A stretch of 64,000 nucleotides of DNA from Elusimicrobiota bacterium (lineage in GTDB: Bacteria > CG03 > SLGR01 > PWQF01), in NCBI GenBank assembly GCA_003557485.1, contig PWOI01000179.1, forward strand, positions 13,789-77,788, read 5' to 3'. This document shows, piece by piece, positions 25,849 to 35,253 of this stretch. The position numbers and the translations under genes were made by a program. Below the pieces are notes generated by a model, which ran no database searches, was not told the origin of the DNA, and saw only the letters and a program-made list of their open reading frames with translations. Within the stretch, counting starts at the first letter, position 1. Every line of letters begins with the position of its first letter.

Positions 25849-27838
25849 AAAAATAATTATAATGCTGCTTGTTTTTCTGCTTCCTCTGGCCCGTCCCTTT
25901 TTTGGTGAAGCTTCTTCAGAAGAGAAAATCGAAACGTTTGAAGAATGGGATGTTCAGATTACAGCCGATGAAATAGAATACGCCCGTGAAGATGAGATTA
26001 TAAATGCCCGGGGTAGCGTCACAATTACCTACAGGGATATGGTTATGACGGCTGACAGAATGTCTTATTCAAGAGATAAGGCCCTGATCGAGGCGTATGG
26101 CAACATTTTTTTTGAAAGAGATTTTTTCTGCGTATGGAGTTCAAGTATGGTTTATAATATAGAAACTTCAACCGGCCATGTCTTTGCAGCCAGAGTTGTA
26201 TCAAAGGAGATTCTCGGAGAAGAAAATGAACTGTCTACTCCTCCGCTTATAATTGAAGCCGAAAGCCTTGAACTCCGCGGCGACGATGAATTTTTTATTC
26301 CCCGGGGCAGGATAACAACCTGTGATGATGACACTCCTCACTACTATTTTAAAGGCAGCAGTATATATGTGAAGCTTGAAGACAGGTTCAGCCTCAGAAA
26401 TGCTCTTTTTGTGGTAAGGGGAGTTCCGGTTTTTTATTATCCCTATTACTGGAGAAATCTTGGCGAGCAGAAGTTGATATGGTATCTGGATATAGGGTCA
26501 AGCAATATAAAGGGTACTTTTGTCAGAGCGGGCGCATCCTATCCGTTTACCGAAAATTCACGTACCGGGCTGGGACTGGAAATTATGCAGAAGGGAGGGC
26601 CCGGAATTTACGCTTCCCACAGGTATTCAACTGCCGGCGGCCGTGCGGATTTTGACGTTTATTATCTTGCGGAAGAAGAGAGCCGTCAGGGACGGGTTCA
26701 GGCATCGGGCCGCCAGAACATTGATGAAAGACTGACCCTGCGCTATCGCGGGAGATACTCGAGTATGCGTATGATAGAGCAGGACTATTTCAGGGCGGAA
26801 AAGTACGGGGTCGACAGTCTTTACTGGCTCGGGGGAGTTGATTATGCCGGGGACGGGTATGCCCTGTCTGCATATTTTGACAGGGAAGACAGATGGCGGA
26901 CGGATCGGGATTCATACAGTCTTTACCGGCAGACGCTTCCGGGTCTGAGCGCCCGCAAGTATCCTTTTAATGTAGGAAGAAGAATTATCGCAGAAGGATC
27001 TGCAGACTACAGGAGAAGATATGATGCAGCAGATGATACCCATTATTCTTATGTTAACTGGGATTCTAATTTGAGAAGAAATTTCAGGATTAATGTCGCA
27101 CGAAGGACATACACGTCTTTTTCACCCGGAGCCGGTTATGACGGCAGTTATGCAAGGGAAGAAACTAAACATTATGGTTCCGTTTTTACGGAAAATAGGT
27201 TTGTTTACAGGGGGTATCTTACACTTGACAGTAATTACAGGTATAGAAGCGAACTGGGATATTATGACAGTCCGGCAACTAATTTGCTTGATTGGAGACT
27301 TACTTTCCGGCCCCGCAGGACCTTCAGAATGACCACCCGGAGCCGGTATGATTTTACTGCCGATAAAAGGCCGGTTGGGGATTTTATAAGCGAAGCCGAA
27401 TATTTATTAGGATCAATTAACTTTTATTTGAGAAACAGGTATGATTATTATGACCGGTACGCAAAGCAGTGGCTGGGAGAACTTTCAGCCGGAAGTTTTT
27501 CAAGGACAATTGTGCGTTATGAAAGGCCGGATCCGGGTTTTGACCCAAAAGTTCTGGATATAGAACAGCAGGTAAGGTTCCAGGCGGGACCCTTAGACCT
27601 GATTCCGGCTGTCAGGTTTGAGACAAAGGACTATTATGATTTCAATGAGTTTACCGAACAGCGGCTTGATGTTTTATGGGATATGCACTGCTGGGAATCC
27701 CGTATCCGGTTCAGACAGCGGGGAGATGAAAGTGAAGTATGGCTTCTTTTTAATATAAAAGTATTTGATGAAAACAGAATAGGGCTTTACGGAAATTTTT
27801 CTCCCGACATAATGGATTTCAGGTACCATAACGAATAA
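25838..27838 (+). CDS. lptD: LPS-assembly protein LptD/OstA-like outer-membrane protein (666 aa)
   Basis: Signal peptide. N-terminal OstA-like beta-jellyroll (ITADEIEY...ARGSVTITYRDMVMTADRMSY...AYGNIFF). Large Tyr/Arg-rich beta-barrel region. Confidence 0.65.
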   Translation: MFVKKIIIMLLVFLLPLARPFFGEASSEEKIETFEEWDVQITADEIEYAREDEIINARGSVTITYRDMVMTADRMSYSRDKALIEAYGNIFFERDFFCVWSSSMVYNIETSTGHVFAARVVSKEILGEENELSTPPLIIEAESLELRGDDEFFIPRGRITTCDDDTPHYYFKGSSIYVKLEDRFSLRNALFVVRGVPVFYYPYYWRNLGEQKLIWYLDIGSSNIKGTFVRAGASYPFTENSRTGLGLEIMQKGGPGIYASHRYSTAGGRADFDVYYLAEEESRQGRVQASGRQNIDERLTLRYRGRYSSMRMIEQDYFRAEKYGVDSLYWLGGVDYAGDGYALSAYFDREDRWRTDRDSYSLYRQTLPGLSARKYPFNVGRRIIAEGSADYRRRYDAADDTHYSYVNWDSNLRRNFRINVARRTYTSFSPGAGYDGSYAREETKHYGSVFTENRFVYRGYLTLDSNYRYRSELGYYDSPATNLLDWRLTFRPRRTFRMTTRSRYDFTADKRPVGDFISEAEYLLGSINFYLRNRYDYYDRYAKQWLGELSAGSFSRTIVRYERPDPGFDPKVLDIEQQVRFQAGPLDLIPAVRFETKDYYDFNEFTEQRLDVLWDMHCWESRIRFRQRGDESEVWLLFNIKVFDENRIGLYGNFSPDIMDFRYHNE

Positions 27839-27878
27839 TTATCTTTGACATTGACGCATTTACAGGTAAAATAATCCT

Positions 27879-28571
27879 ATGAGTATTATAGAAATTTTAG
27901 AAAAAATACCTCTTTTTTCTGAGATGGATAAAGCAGACCTGAATAAAATAAAAGAGGTGCTTAAAGAAAAAAGATATTCAAGGGACGAATCTATTTTCTT
28001 TGAAACCGACCTGGGAGATATATTTTACATAGTATATGAGGGAAGAGTTAAAATTTACAATATATCTCTTCAGGGGCAGGTGAAAATACTTGATTTTCTT
28101 GGAAAAGGAGATTTTTTCGGTGAGATGGCTCTCATAGATGAGATGCCCCGCTCTGCAAACGCGCTGGCTGTTGAAGATACTGTTCTTTTAACCATAAGCC
28201 ACAGTGAGTTTCAGCAGTTTCTCCAGAAGCAGCCGGATATTCTTTTTAAAATAACTAAAACTTTGTGCCGTAGGCTGAGAAAAGCTGATCTGGAGATAGA
28301 ACTTATGGCTTTCGGAGATGTAAAAAGCCGCCTTGTATCATGCCTTCTTAATATAATTAAAAAGTATGGGATACAGAAAGGCGGCTCTGATATAATACCC
28401 CCCATATTTACACATAAAGATTTAAGTGAAATAGTAGGGACTTCAAGAGAAGTTATTTCAAGGATACTTAAACAACTGAAAGAAGATAAACTTATTAAAA
28501 TCGGAAAGAAAAGGGAAATATTAATACCTTCATCCGCCGCCCTTGAAAAACTTCTTAAAGAGTCCCATTAA
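27879..28571 (+). CDS. Crp/Fnr-family transcriptional regulator (cNMP-binding domain plus HTH)
   Basis: FGEMALID...RSANAL cNMP-binding motif. C-terminal HTH (DLSEIVGTSREVISRILKQL). Confidence 0.85.
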   Translation: MSIIEILEKIPLFSEMDKADLNKIKEVLKEKRYSRDESIFFETDLGDIFYIVYEGRVKIYNISLQGQVKILDFLGKGDFFGEMALIDEMPRSANALAVEDTVLLTISHSEFQQFLQKQPDILFKITKTLCRRLRKADLEIELMAFGDVKSRLVSCLLNIIKKYGIQKGGSDIIPPIFTHKDLSEIVGTSREVISRILKQLKEDKLIKIGKKREILIPSSAALEKLLKESH

Positions 28572-28572
28572 A

Positions 28573-28902
28573 ATGTATCCGGTGCGGGACCTAAAAGCTG
28601 AAAAACTTTACGCTGCTGTAAAAAGAATTCCTCCGGGAAGAATCTCTACGTATATTGAAGCTTCCCGCGCCGCCGGAATTAAAAGCCCCCGTCATACGGG
28701 AAGGCTTCTTTCTAAAAATCCTTGTATTGGAAAAATACCCTGCCACAGGATAGTCAGAAGTGACGGCAGCGTCGGGGGATATTCCGGAGAGGGAGGAAAA
28801 GACGGAAAAATAAATATTTTGCGTTCGGAAGGGATAGAGTTTGAAGGAGACGTAATTAAGAATTTTTCGGACAGGTTTGTTCCGTTATCAAAAACACCGT
28901 GA
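28573..28902 (+). CDS. Stand-alone MGMT/Ogt-type DNA-alkyltransferase DNA-binding domain protein (PCHRIV active-site motif)
   Basis: YAAVKRIPPGRISTYIEASRAAG...PCHRIVRSDGSVGGY. ATG at 28573 chosen over the track start at 28543. Confidence 0.7.
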   Translation: MYPVRDLKAEKLYAAVKRIPPGRISTYIEASRAAGIKSPRHTGRLLSKNPCIGKIPCHRIVRSDGSVGGYSGEGGKDGKINILRSEGIEFEGDVIKNFSDRFVPLSKTP

Positions 28903-29180
28903 AAGAAGAAAGAAAAGTAATACATGACAGAGAGGGTGAGAGGTTTTATATCGACACTTCCTATGGGGAAGCAACTATTAATTATACCTTGAAGAACGGA
29001 ATCATGGAAGTTTATCATACTTTTGTGCCCGGTGAATTGAGGGGCCGGGGTTTTGCCGGCCTTCTGGGCGAGGAAGCTGCCCGCACTGCCTGCAGGGAAG
29101 GACTTAGAATTAAACCCTCATGCGGATTTATGGCGGCTTTTCTTAAAAAAAACAGAAAGTACTCTCATCTTAAAAAATGA
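28899..29180 (+). CDS. Small GNAT-like (YjdJ-type) acetyltransferase-fold protein
   Basis: 93 aa. HTFVPGELRGRGFAGLL pattern typical of short GCN5-related proteins. Confidence 0.5.
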   Translation: MKEERKVIHDREGERFYIDTSYGEATINYTLKNGIMEVYHTFVPGELRGRGFAGLLGEEAARTACREGLRIKPSCGFMAAFLKKNRKYSHLKK

Positions 29181-30079
29181 TTCTGAACTTTACAAAGGGA
29201 GTTCTTATCGGTATCGCAAACATAATTCCGGGTGTAAGCGGCGGGACATTTGCCCTGGTTCTGGGAATATACACACGCCTCATTGATTCATTAAGCTGTT
29301 TGAGTTTCAATATTCTTCTTCCCTCGAAATTTCGTGAGGAATTTAAACGGATAGACGGAGCTTTCTTATTTCAGGTGCTGCTCGGCGGGGTTGCCGGCAT
29401 AGCTCTTTTGGCGGGACTGATGGATTACCTGTTAAAGTTTTACCCGGAATATACTCTTTCTTTTTTTGCCGGTCTTATACTGGTCTCCATATCAATTCCC
29501 TATAGGATGATCGAAAGTAAAGAAATTAAAAATATTATATATATGCTGCCGGGCCTTCTTCTTGTTGCTGCAGTCTACAGGTTCTGGCATATAGGGCATA
29601 ATTCACAGATATCGCTTGTGTTGGTTTTTATAAGTGCGGCATTAGGCATATCTGCTATGGTTCTTCCCGGGCTCAGCGGGTCATTTGTTTTACTGATTAT
29701 GGGGGTATATGAACCGGTGGTGGGACACATTAAAGATTTTTTCAGCCTCCCTCCTTCGTTAAACTCCTTCAAGTTCCTTGTGGTATTCGGGCTGGGGTGC
29801 GTCGCCGGCCTGGTTTTATTTGTAAGAATAATGAAGTATCTGCTTCACAGAAAAAGGAACCAGACCCTTTCTTTCCTGACAGGCCTCGTGGCCGGATCCT
29901 TTATTGTTCTGTGGCCTTTTAAAGATTATCCCCGCGCTATTGATGGGGCAATAGATATCAGCATAATAACGGCAGAAAACATAATTCCCTCCGACATGCG
30001 GCTAATAATTTTTTGTCTGATGCTTTTTACCGCCGGTGCGGCTGCCGGCGCAGGTCTTAAAATGCTTGAAAAAACCTGA
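29177..30079 (+). CDS. DUF368-family polytopic membrane protein (putative undecaprenyl-phosphate translocase family)
   Basis: Two internal repeats with PGVSGGTFALVLG and PGLSGSFVLLIMG motifs. About 8 TM helices. Confidence 0.6.
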   Translation: MILNFTKGVLIGIANIIPGVSGGTFALVLGIYTRLIDSLSCLSFNILLPSKFREEFKRIDGAFLFQVLLGGVAGIALLAGLMDYLLKFYPEYTLSFFAGLILVSISIPYRMIESKEIKNIIYMLPGLLLVAAVYRFWHIGHNSQISLVLVFISAALGISAMVLPGLSGSFVLLIMGVYEPVVGHIKDFFSLPPSLNSFKFLVVFGLGCVAGLVLFVRIMKYLLHRKRNQTLSFLTGLVAGSFIVLWPFKDYPRAIDGAIDISIITAENIIPSDMRLIIFCLMLFTAGAAAGAGLKMLEKT

Positions 30080-30145
30080 TATAATTGATATAGTCCGAAT
30101 TGAATAGCAGGAAATTACAGTTGAATACAGAGAAAGGAAAAAACT

Positions 30146-30373
30146 ATGATAGATGAAAAGAAAATATGTCAGGTACTGGAAGAAGTCAGGCCGTCGCTCC
30201 AGGCTGACGGCGGGGACATAGAGTTTGTTGAATTAAGCCAGGACGGAATAGTCAAAGTTCGACTGAAGGGTGCCTGTTCGGGATGTCCGATGTCGCAGAT
30301 GACGCTTAAAAACGGTGTGGAAAGTATTTTAAAGGAAAGAATACCGGAAGTTAAATCCGTAGAGGCGGTGTAA
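30146..30373 (+). CDS. NifU/Nfu-type Fe-S cluster scaffold-domain protein
   Basis: 75 aa. ...ADGGDIEFVEL...GACSGCPMS CxxC motif. Confidence 0.75.
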   Translation: MIDEKKICQVLEEVRPSLQADGGDIEFVELSQDGIVKVRLKGACSGCPMSQMTLKNGVESILKERIPEVKSVEAV

Positions 30374-30374
30374 A

Positions 30375-30578
30375 ATGCTGGGAGTAAAAGAGCTAGTAAT
30401 AATATTTCTTATTATTTTCCTTTTATTTGGCGCGAAACAGTTGCCGAAAATAGCAAGAGCTCTCGGGAAGGCAAAGAAAGAGTTTGAAAACCCTTCCGGG
30501 GATGAAGAAAACGAAGACAAACCGGCATGTGAAAGTGATGCCGGGGAAGAAGAAAAAACCGGCGGCGACATACTGTAA
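30375..30578 (+). CDS. tatA: Twin-arginine translocase subunit TatA/E
   Basis: LVIIFLIIFLLFGAKQLPKIARALGKAKKEF, followed by an acidic tail. Confidence 0.85.
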   Translation: MLGVKELVIIFLIIFLLFGAKQLPKIARALGKAKKEFENPSGDEENEDKPACESDAGEEEKTGGDIL

Positions 30579-30581
30579 GGT

Positions 30582-31298
30582 TTGGATATAAGCCTCCCGT
30601 TTACCGAGCACCTGGAGGAACTGCGTCTCAGGGTACTTTATTCCGCAGCCGGAATAATTGCCGCTTCGGCGGTGTCGTTCTTTTTCCACGGAAAACTTCT
30701 GTCTCTGATTAGAGCTCCAATGGCAGGCAGCCTGATATTTATTTCTCCACATGAGGCTTTTATTGTTTCCCTGCGTGTTTCTGTTCTTTCAGGTATAGTT
30801 CTTTCGTTCCCTTTTGTTGCTTACCAGTTGTGGAAGTTTATTGAATCCGGGCTGAAGCCGGCAGAAAAAAAGTTTGTTTACTACTATCTGCCTTCTGCAA
30901 TATTGCTCTTTGCGGCAGGTGTTGCTTTTTCTTTTATGGTTGTAATGCCCGCTGCGCTTAACTTTCTGCTTGGTTTCGGGGGAACCGGAATAAGTCCCTA
31001 TATATCACTGGAAAGATATGTCTCTTTTGCATTCGGTTTTATAGTAGCTTTCGGAATTGTTTTCCAACTGCCTCTTGTAATGCGTATGCTTACATCACTG
31101 GGTATTGTTGAAAGGGAAACTTTCAGGTCCGGCAGAAAATATGCTGTTGTATTGATTTTTATATCAGCAGCATTGCTGACGCCTCCTGATATTTTCAGCC
31201 AGATTGCGCTGGCTCTCCCGTCACTGTTGCTGTATGAATTGGGACTGCTGGTTTGTGGCAGAGCAAGGAAGAAGTATGCCGTTGAGGAGGCGGCTTGA
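30582..31298 (+). CDS. tatC: Twin-arginine translocase subunit TatC
   Basis: HLEELRLRVL N-terminal motif. Six TM segments. Confidence 0.85.
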   Translation: MDISLPFTEHLEELRLRVLYSAAGIIAASAVSFFFHGKLLSLIRAPMAGSLIFISPHEAFIVSLRVSVLSGIVLSFPFVAYQLWKFIESGLKPAEKKFVYYYLPSAILLFAAGVAFSFMVVMPAALNFLLGFGGTGISPYISLERYVSFAFGFIVAFGIVFQLPLVMRMLTSLGIVERETFRSGRKYAVVLIFISAALLTPPDIFSQIALALPSLLLYELGLLVCGRARKKYAVEEAA

Positions 31299-31330
31299 CA
31301 ATAATTAATTTTTTAATAGAATAACTCAAA

Positions 31331-32032
31331 ATGACTGTAAAAATAAGACTAAAAAAAGCGGGAAGAAAAAAAGATCCCCACTATAAGGTTGTAGCTGTTG
31401 ATTCGAGAAAGAAACGAGACGGCCGCGTACTGGACTATCTTGGACATTATCATCCGCAGGATAGATTTCCAAATCTTGTTGTTGATATGGAAAGATATGA
31501 ACATTTCATAAAAACCGGCGCCCAGGTGACGGATACGGTTAGAACCCTGATAAATAAGCTCAAACGTAATTATGTTGAGCCTGAAGAGGGAAAACCGAAA
31601 AAACCGGCACCGGATAAAGTTAAGGATACCTCAGATGCGGAAACTCCGGTTGCTACTGCTGAACCCTCGGAAAAAACTGAAGAGCAGGCACAGGAACCTG
31701 CCGTAGAGCCTTCGGCTGATGAAAAACCGGCACCGGATGAAGTTAAGGATACTGCAGATGCGGAAGCTCCGGCTGCTACTGCTGAATCTTCGGAGAAAAC
31801 TAAAGAACAGGCACAGGAACCTGCCGTAGAGCCTTCGGCTGATGAAAAAACTGATACCGGTGAAGAGTCCGGGGAACCATCTGATCTTAAAAAAGACATA
31901 GAAAAACCGGAAACTGAAAATAAAAAGGAAGAATCTGAAAGCAAAGAAAAAGAAGAAATAAAAGAAAATTCTCCGGAAGAAAAAGCCGTTTCCGAAAAAG
32001 ATAACGAAACCGGAGAAAAGGAAGAAAAATAA
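31331..32032 (+). CDS. rpsP: 30S ribosomal protein S16 with about 150-aa acidic, repeat-containing C-terminal extension
   Basis: MTVKIRLKKAGRKKDPHYKVVAVDSRKKRDGR...LGHYHP. Tail rich in E, K, P and A with two 41-aa repeats. Confidence 0.85.
   Translation: MTVKIRLKKAGRKKDPHYKVVAVDSRKKRDGRVLDYLGHYHPQDRFPNLVVDMERYEHFIKTGAQVTDTVRTLINKLKRNYVEPEEGKPKKPAPDKVKDTSDAETPVATAEPSEKTEEQAQEPAVEPSADEKPAPDEVKDTADAEAPAATAESSEKTKEQAQEPAVEPSADEKTDTGEESGEPSDLKKDIEKPETENKKEESESKEKEEIKENSPEEKAVSEKDNETGEKEEK
31604..31849 (+). repeat. Direct tandem repeat, 2 x 123 bp (about 90% identical), in-frame inside the rpsP tail
   Basis: ccggcaccggatRaagttaaggatacYKcagatgcggaaRctccggYtgctactgctgaa...gaacctgccgtagagccttcggctgatgaaaaa occurs at 31604 and again at 31727. 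Confidence 0.8.
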
Positions 32033-32071
32033 GTTCGCAGGAAACATCCGATACGGCGAAAAGGAGGAGAA

Positions 32072-32314
32072 ATGAAAGACGTAGTAATCGAAATTGTAAA
32101 AAGGCTGGTTGACAATCCGGATGACGTTGATGCCAAAGAGGTGGAAGGCGAACAGACTACAATAATTGAAATCACCACAAATCCCGAAGATATAGGTAAA
32201 GTTATCGGGAAAAAGGGAAGGACAATAAAAGCTCTCAGGACAATAGTAAACGCCGCAGCGGTAAAAGACGATAAAAGAGTCACTGTTGAAATAGTAGAAC
32301 CTGACAGACGTTAA
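32072..32314 (+). CDS. khpA: KH-domain RNA-binding protein (KhpA/YlqC family)
   Basis: 80 aa. IGKVIGKKGRTIKALR GxxG KH motif. Conserved position after rpsP. Confidence 0.8.
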   Translation: MKDVVIEIVKRLVDNPDDVDAKEVEGEQTTIIEITTNPEDIGKVIGKKGRTIKALRTIVNAAAVKDDKRVTVEIVEPDRR

Positions 32315-32334
32315 GGTTCCAAACAAAAAGAAAA

Positions 32335-32395
32335 ACCCCTTTCTCTTCGGGCAGCGCTTCTGGCGTAAGAGTGAGGGGTTTTTTTGTTTAGACCC
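32335..32395 (+). terminator. Long imperfect hairpin plus U7 between khpA and trmD (terminator or attenuator)
   Basis: CCCCTttCTCTT...AAGAGtgAGGGG followed by TTTTTTT. A downstream CCCCT could pair alternatively with AGGGG. Confidence 0.5.
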
Positions 32396-32400
32396 CTGTT

Positions 32401-33045
32401 TTGAAAAAAGAAATAAGTGTAAATATTCTGACTATATTTCCTGAGGCAATCAGAGAATATACAAGGGTCGGCATACTTGAACAGGCCCGGAAGAAGGGCC
32501 TTGCCGGTTTCAGAATAATTGATTTAAGAGATTTTTCATCAGACAAGCATAAGAAAGTCGACGATTCTCCTTATGGAGGCGGTCCCGGTATGGTTATGTC
32601 GGTTGAACCGATTGTAAAAGCCCTGGAAAGTATAGAAAATCCGGGGGTGAAAATACTTCTTTCACCTACGGGAGAATTGTTTAACAGAAAATTTGCCGCC
32701 AAACTTGCAGGAAAAAATTTAACTCTTATATGCGGCAGATATGCGGGCATTGACGAACGGGTAAAGAAGTATGTTGACAGAGTCATTTCTATAGGTGACT
32801 TTGTTTTATCGGGAGGCGAGCTGCCTGCCCTGGTTGTGGTTGAAGCGGCTCTGCGCCTTATTCCGGGTGTTTTAGGAAATGAGCAGTCTTACCGGGAAGA
32901 CCTGGGTTATCCGAGTTATACTCGCCCGCAGGTTTTCAGGGGTGAGAAGGTTCCGGAAGTTCTTCTTTCGGGGGACCACCGGGAAATAGAAAAATTCAGA
33001 AAACAGGAGGCAAGATATGGTAAAGATGATAAAAGATCAGGTTAG
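32401..33045 (+). CDS. trmD: tRNA (guanine37-N1)-methyltransferase
   Basis: ILTIFPE...SPYGGGPGMVM...LICGRYAGIDERV...GDFVLSGGELPA. Confidence 0.9.
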   Translation: MKKEISVNILTIFPEAIREYTRVGILEQARKKGLAGFRIIDLRDFSSDKHKKVDDSPYGGGPGMVMSVEPIVKALESIENPGVKILLSPTGELFNRKFAAKLAGKNLTLICGRYAGIDERVKKYVDRVISIGDFVLSGGELPALVVVEAALRLIPGVLGNEQSYREDLGYPSYTRPQVFRGEKVPEVLLSGDHREIEKFRKQEARYGKDDKRSG

Positions 33046-33352
33046 GAATAATATTCCGGAATTCAGGCCCGGAGATGAAGTTAGGGTTGATTGGAAAGTA
33101 GGTCAGGATAGAAAAAGGATCCAAAGCTACGAAGGGCTTGTAATAGCAGTTAAAGGAAAAGGGATTAATAAAACTTTCACGGTCAGGAAACAGGCTTTCG
33201 GTATCGGGGTAGAAAAAATATTTCCGCTCCATTCTCCTCTCATAAGCAGTATAGAAGTTCTCAGAAGGGGGAAAGTACGAAGATCTAAGCTTTACTTTAT
33301 GAGAGAGCGCTATGGCAAAGCCGCGAAGTTGAAAGAAAAAAGAGAATTCTGA
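33017..33352 (+). CDS. rplS: 50S ribosomal protein L19
   Basis: FRPGDEVRV...EGLVIAVKG...FTVRK...GIGVEKIFPLHSP. Confidence 0.9.
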   Translation: MVKMIKDQVRNNIPEFRPGDEVRVDWKVGQDRKRIQSYEGLVIAVKGKGINKTFTVRKQAFGIGVEKIFPLHSPLISSIEVLRRGKVRRSKLYFMRERYGKAAKLKEKREF

Positions 33353-33696
33353 AAAACAATTTTTCAAAAGGAAGAGAGGCCGAAGAGAAAGCGGCCTGTT
33401 TTCTTTCTTCGAAAAACTATTCAATAATTGAAAGAAACTGGCGTTGTCCTTCGGGCGAAATAGATATAGTGGCCCGTGATGGTGAATATATCTGCTTTAT
33501 TGAAGTCAAATACAGAAGTTCCGATTCCCACGGCAGTCCCGCCGAAGCAGTAAGTGATCTGAAAATAGAAAAGCTGCAGGAACTTGCCAGATTCTACATT
33601 AGTTCTAAAAATTTAAATAATACGGATATAAGATTTGATGTTGTTTCTGTAATGAGAGACCGCATAAGTCTTATAAAAAACGCCTTTGGGATATAA
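33346..33696 (+). CDS. yraN: YraN-family (UPF0102) endonuclease-like protein. Start codon uncertain: no canonical start upstream of the conserved N-terminal region.
   Basis: In-frame translation ...KGREAEEKAACFLSSKNYSIIERNWRCPSGEIDIVARDGEYICFIEVKYRSS matches the YraN pattern (GE-x-x-A-x-x-Y-L...RN-x-RC...GEIDI-I-A...VFVEVK-x-R). The only in-frame canonical start is the GTG at 33469, downstream of the conserved segment. Confidence 0.6.
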   Translation: MLKNNFSKGREAEEKAACFLSSKNYSIIERNWRCPSGEIDIVARDGEYICFIEVKYRSSDSHGSPAEAVSDLKIEKLQELARFYISSKNLNNTDIRFDVVSVMRDRISLIKNAFGI

Positions 33697-33714
33697 TAAA
33701 GAGAATATAAATAA

Positions 33715-35253
33715 ATGACAATAAGCATAGGAAGGAGTTTCTCTCTTGCCGGAATAGATGCCCACCCTGTCACTGTCGAAGTTGACATAAGAAGGGGCCT
33801 TCCTTCGTACACTACCGTCGGGCTTGCCGATAAGGCGGTGAAAGAAAGCAAAAACAGGATAAATGCCGCCGTTAAAAACTCGGGTTATGAATTTCCAGTT
33901 AAAAGGATAACGGTAAATCTTGCGCCGGCCTCGGTAAAAAAAGAGGGTTCCTCTTTTGATTTTCCCATAGCGCTCGGAATACTCCAGTCTTCGGGTACAA
34001 TAAAACCCGGCCGGTTGGACGGCATAGCTTCTGTGGGAGAACTCTCTCTGGACGGAAACCTGAGGAGAGTGCGTGGTGTTCTTCCGATGGCTCGTTGCCT
34101 TAAAGAATCAGGCCTTAAAAAAATACTTCTGCCTGAAGAAAACGGTAAAGAGGCTGCTGTTGTGGAGGGAATAGACGTAATTCCCGTTGATAACCTGAAA
34201 ACTGCCGTAGATTATTTAAACGGTGATAAAAGCATTGAACCTTTTAAGCTTGACCTTCAGCAGGAGTTTCGCCACTCCTGCAGCTACAGGGAGGATTTTT
34301 CAGACATTAAAGGGCAGTACATGGCCAAAAGAGCTATGGAAATAGCTGCTGCAGGGGGGCATAATATTCTTATGACCGGTCCTCCCGGCGCCGGCAAAAC
34401 TATGCTTGCCCGCCGCCTTCTTACAATTCTTCCTTCTTTAAGCATTAGGGAGGCAATACAGGTAACGATTATTCAGTCTGTTGCGGGAAAAGTCTCGCCG
34501 GGAAGTTCTCTTGTCTCCAGGAGGCCATTCAGGTCTCCCCACCATACTGTATCCGATATCGCGCTTGTAGGAGGAGGAAGCAATCCAAGGCCGGGTGAGA
34601 TATCCCTTGCTCACAGAGGAGTTCTTTTTCTTGATGAATTTCCTGAATTCAAGCGTCAGGCAATAGAAGTTATACGGCAGCCTATGGAGGATGGGACAAT
34701 AACAGTTTCCCGCGCTGCGGATTCTGCAACCTATCCGGCATCTTTTATGCTGGTTGCGGCAATGAATCCCTGTCCGTGCGGTTATTTCGCTGTAAGCGGA
34801 AGGGAGTGTACCTGTACAGCGGTTGAAATAAAAAAGTACCGCTCTAAAATTTCAGGGCCGGTTATGGATAGAATAGATATGCATATTTATGTTCCTGCCC
34901 TGGGCAAGAAGGATATCGACTCTCTGGACAGGGGGGAAACTTCGAATATAATAAGAAAAAGAGTAATTGAAGCCAGAAATATACAGAGAGAGCGTTACTT
35001 TCGTGAAGAAAATATTTTTGCCAATGCGGAAGTTGACGGAAAAGTAATAGATAAATACTGCCGGCCTTCAAAAACGGCGTCCGGGCTGCTTATTGATTCA
35101 ATGGAAAAGTACGGGCTTTCGGTGAGGGCTTACAATAAAACGCTTAAAATAGCAAGGACAATTGCCGATATTGAGAACAGTGAGGAAATAACAGAACAGC
35201 ATGCCGCCGAGGCCCTGCAGTACAGAATAGGGGACAGGCAATGGGACCTATAG
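33715..35253 (+). CDS. comM: YifB/ComM-family Mg-chelatase-like AAA+ ATPase
   Basis: Lon-like N-terminal domain. Walker A GPPGAGKT. ChlI-type ATPase. C-terminal domain. The yraN-comM adjacency is conserved. Confidence 0.85.
   Translation: MTISIGRSFSLAGIDAHPVTVEVDIRRGLPSYTTVGLADKAVKESKNRINAAVKNSGYEFPVKRITVNLAPASVKKEGSSFDFPIALGILQSSGTIKPGRLDGIASVGELSLDGNLRRVRGVLPMARCLKESGLKKILLPEENGKEAAVVEGIDVIPVDNLKTAVDYLNGDKSIEPFKLDLQQEFRHSCSYREDFSDIKGQYMAKRAMEIAAAGGHNILMTGPPGAGKTMLARRLLTILPSLSIREAIQVTIIQSVAGKVSPGSSLVSRRPFRSPHHTVSDIALVGGGSNPRPGEISLAHRGVLFLDEFPEFKRQAIEVIRQPMEDGTITVSRAADSATYPASFMLVAAMNPCPCGYFAVSGRECTCTAVEIKKYRSKISGPVMDRIDMHIYVPALGKKDIDSLDRGETSNIIRKRVIEARNIQRERYFREENIFANAEVDGKVIDKYCRPSKTASGLLIDSMEKYGLSVRAYNKTLKIARTIADIENSEEITEQHAAEALQYRIGDRQWDL

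Noticed and set aside
31570-32326. Two long minus-strand ORFs (237 and 231 aa) antisense to rpsP and khpA
   Set aside because: Low-complexity Ser/Phe/Leu-rich translations are produced by the purine-rich sense strand of the S16 acidic tail. They fully overlap well-supported + strand genes and have no start context.
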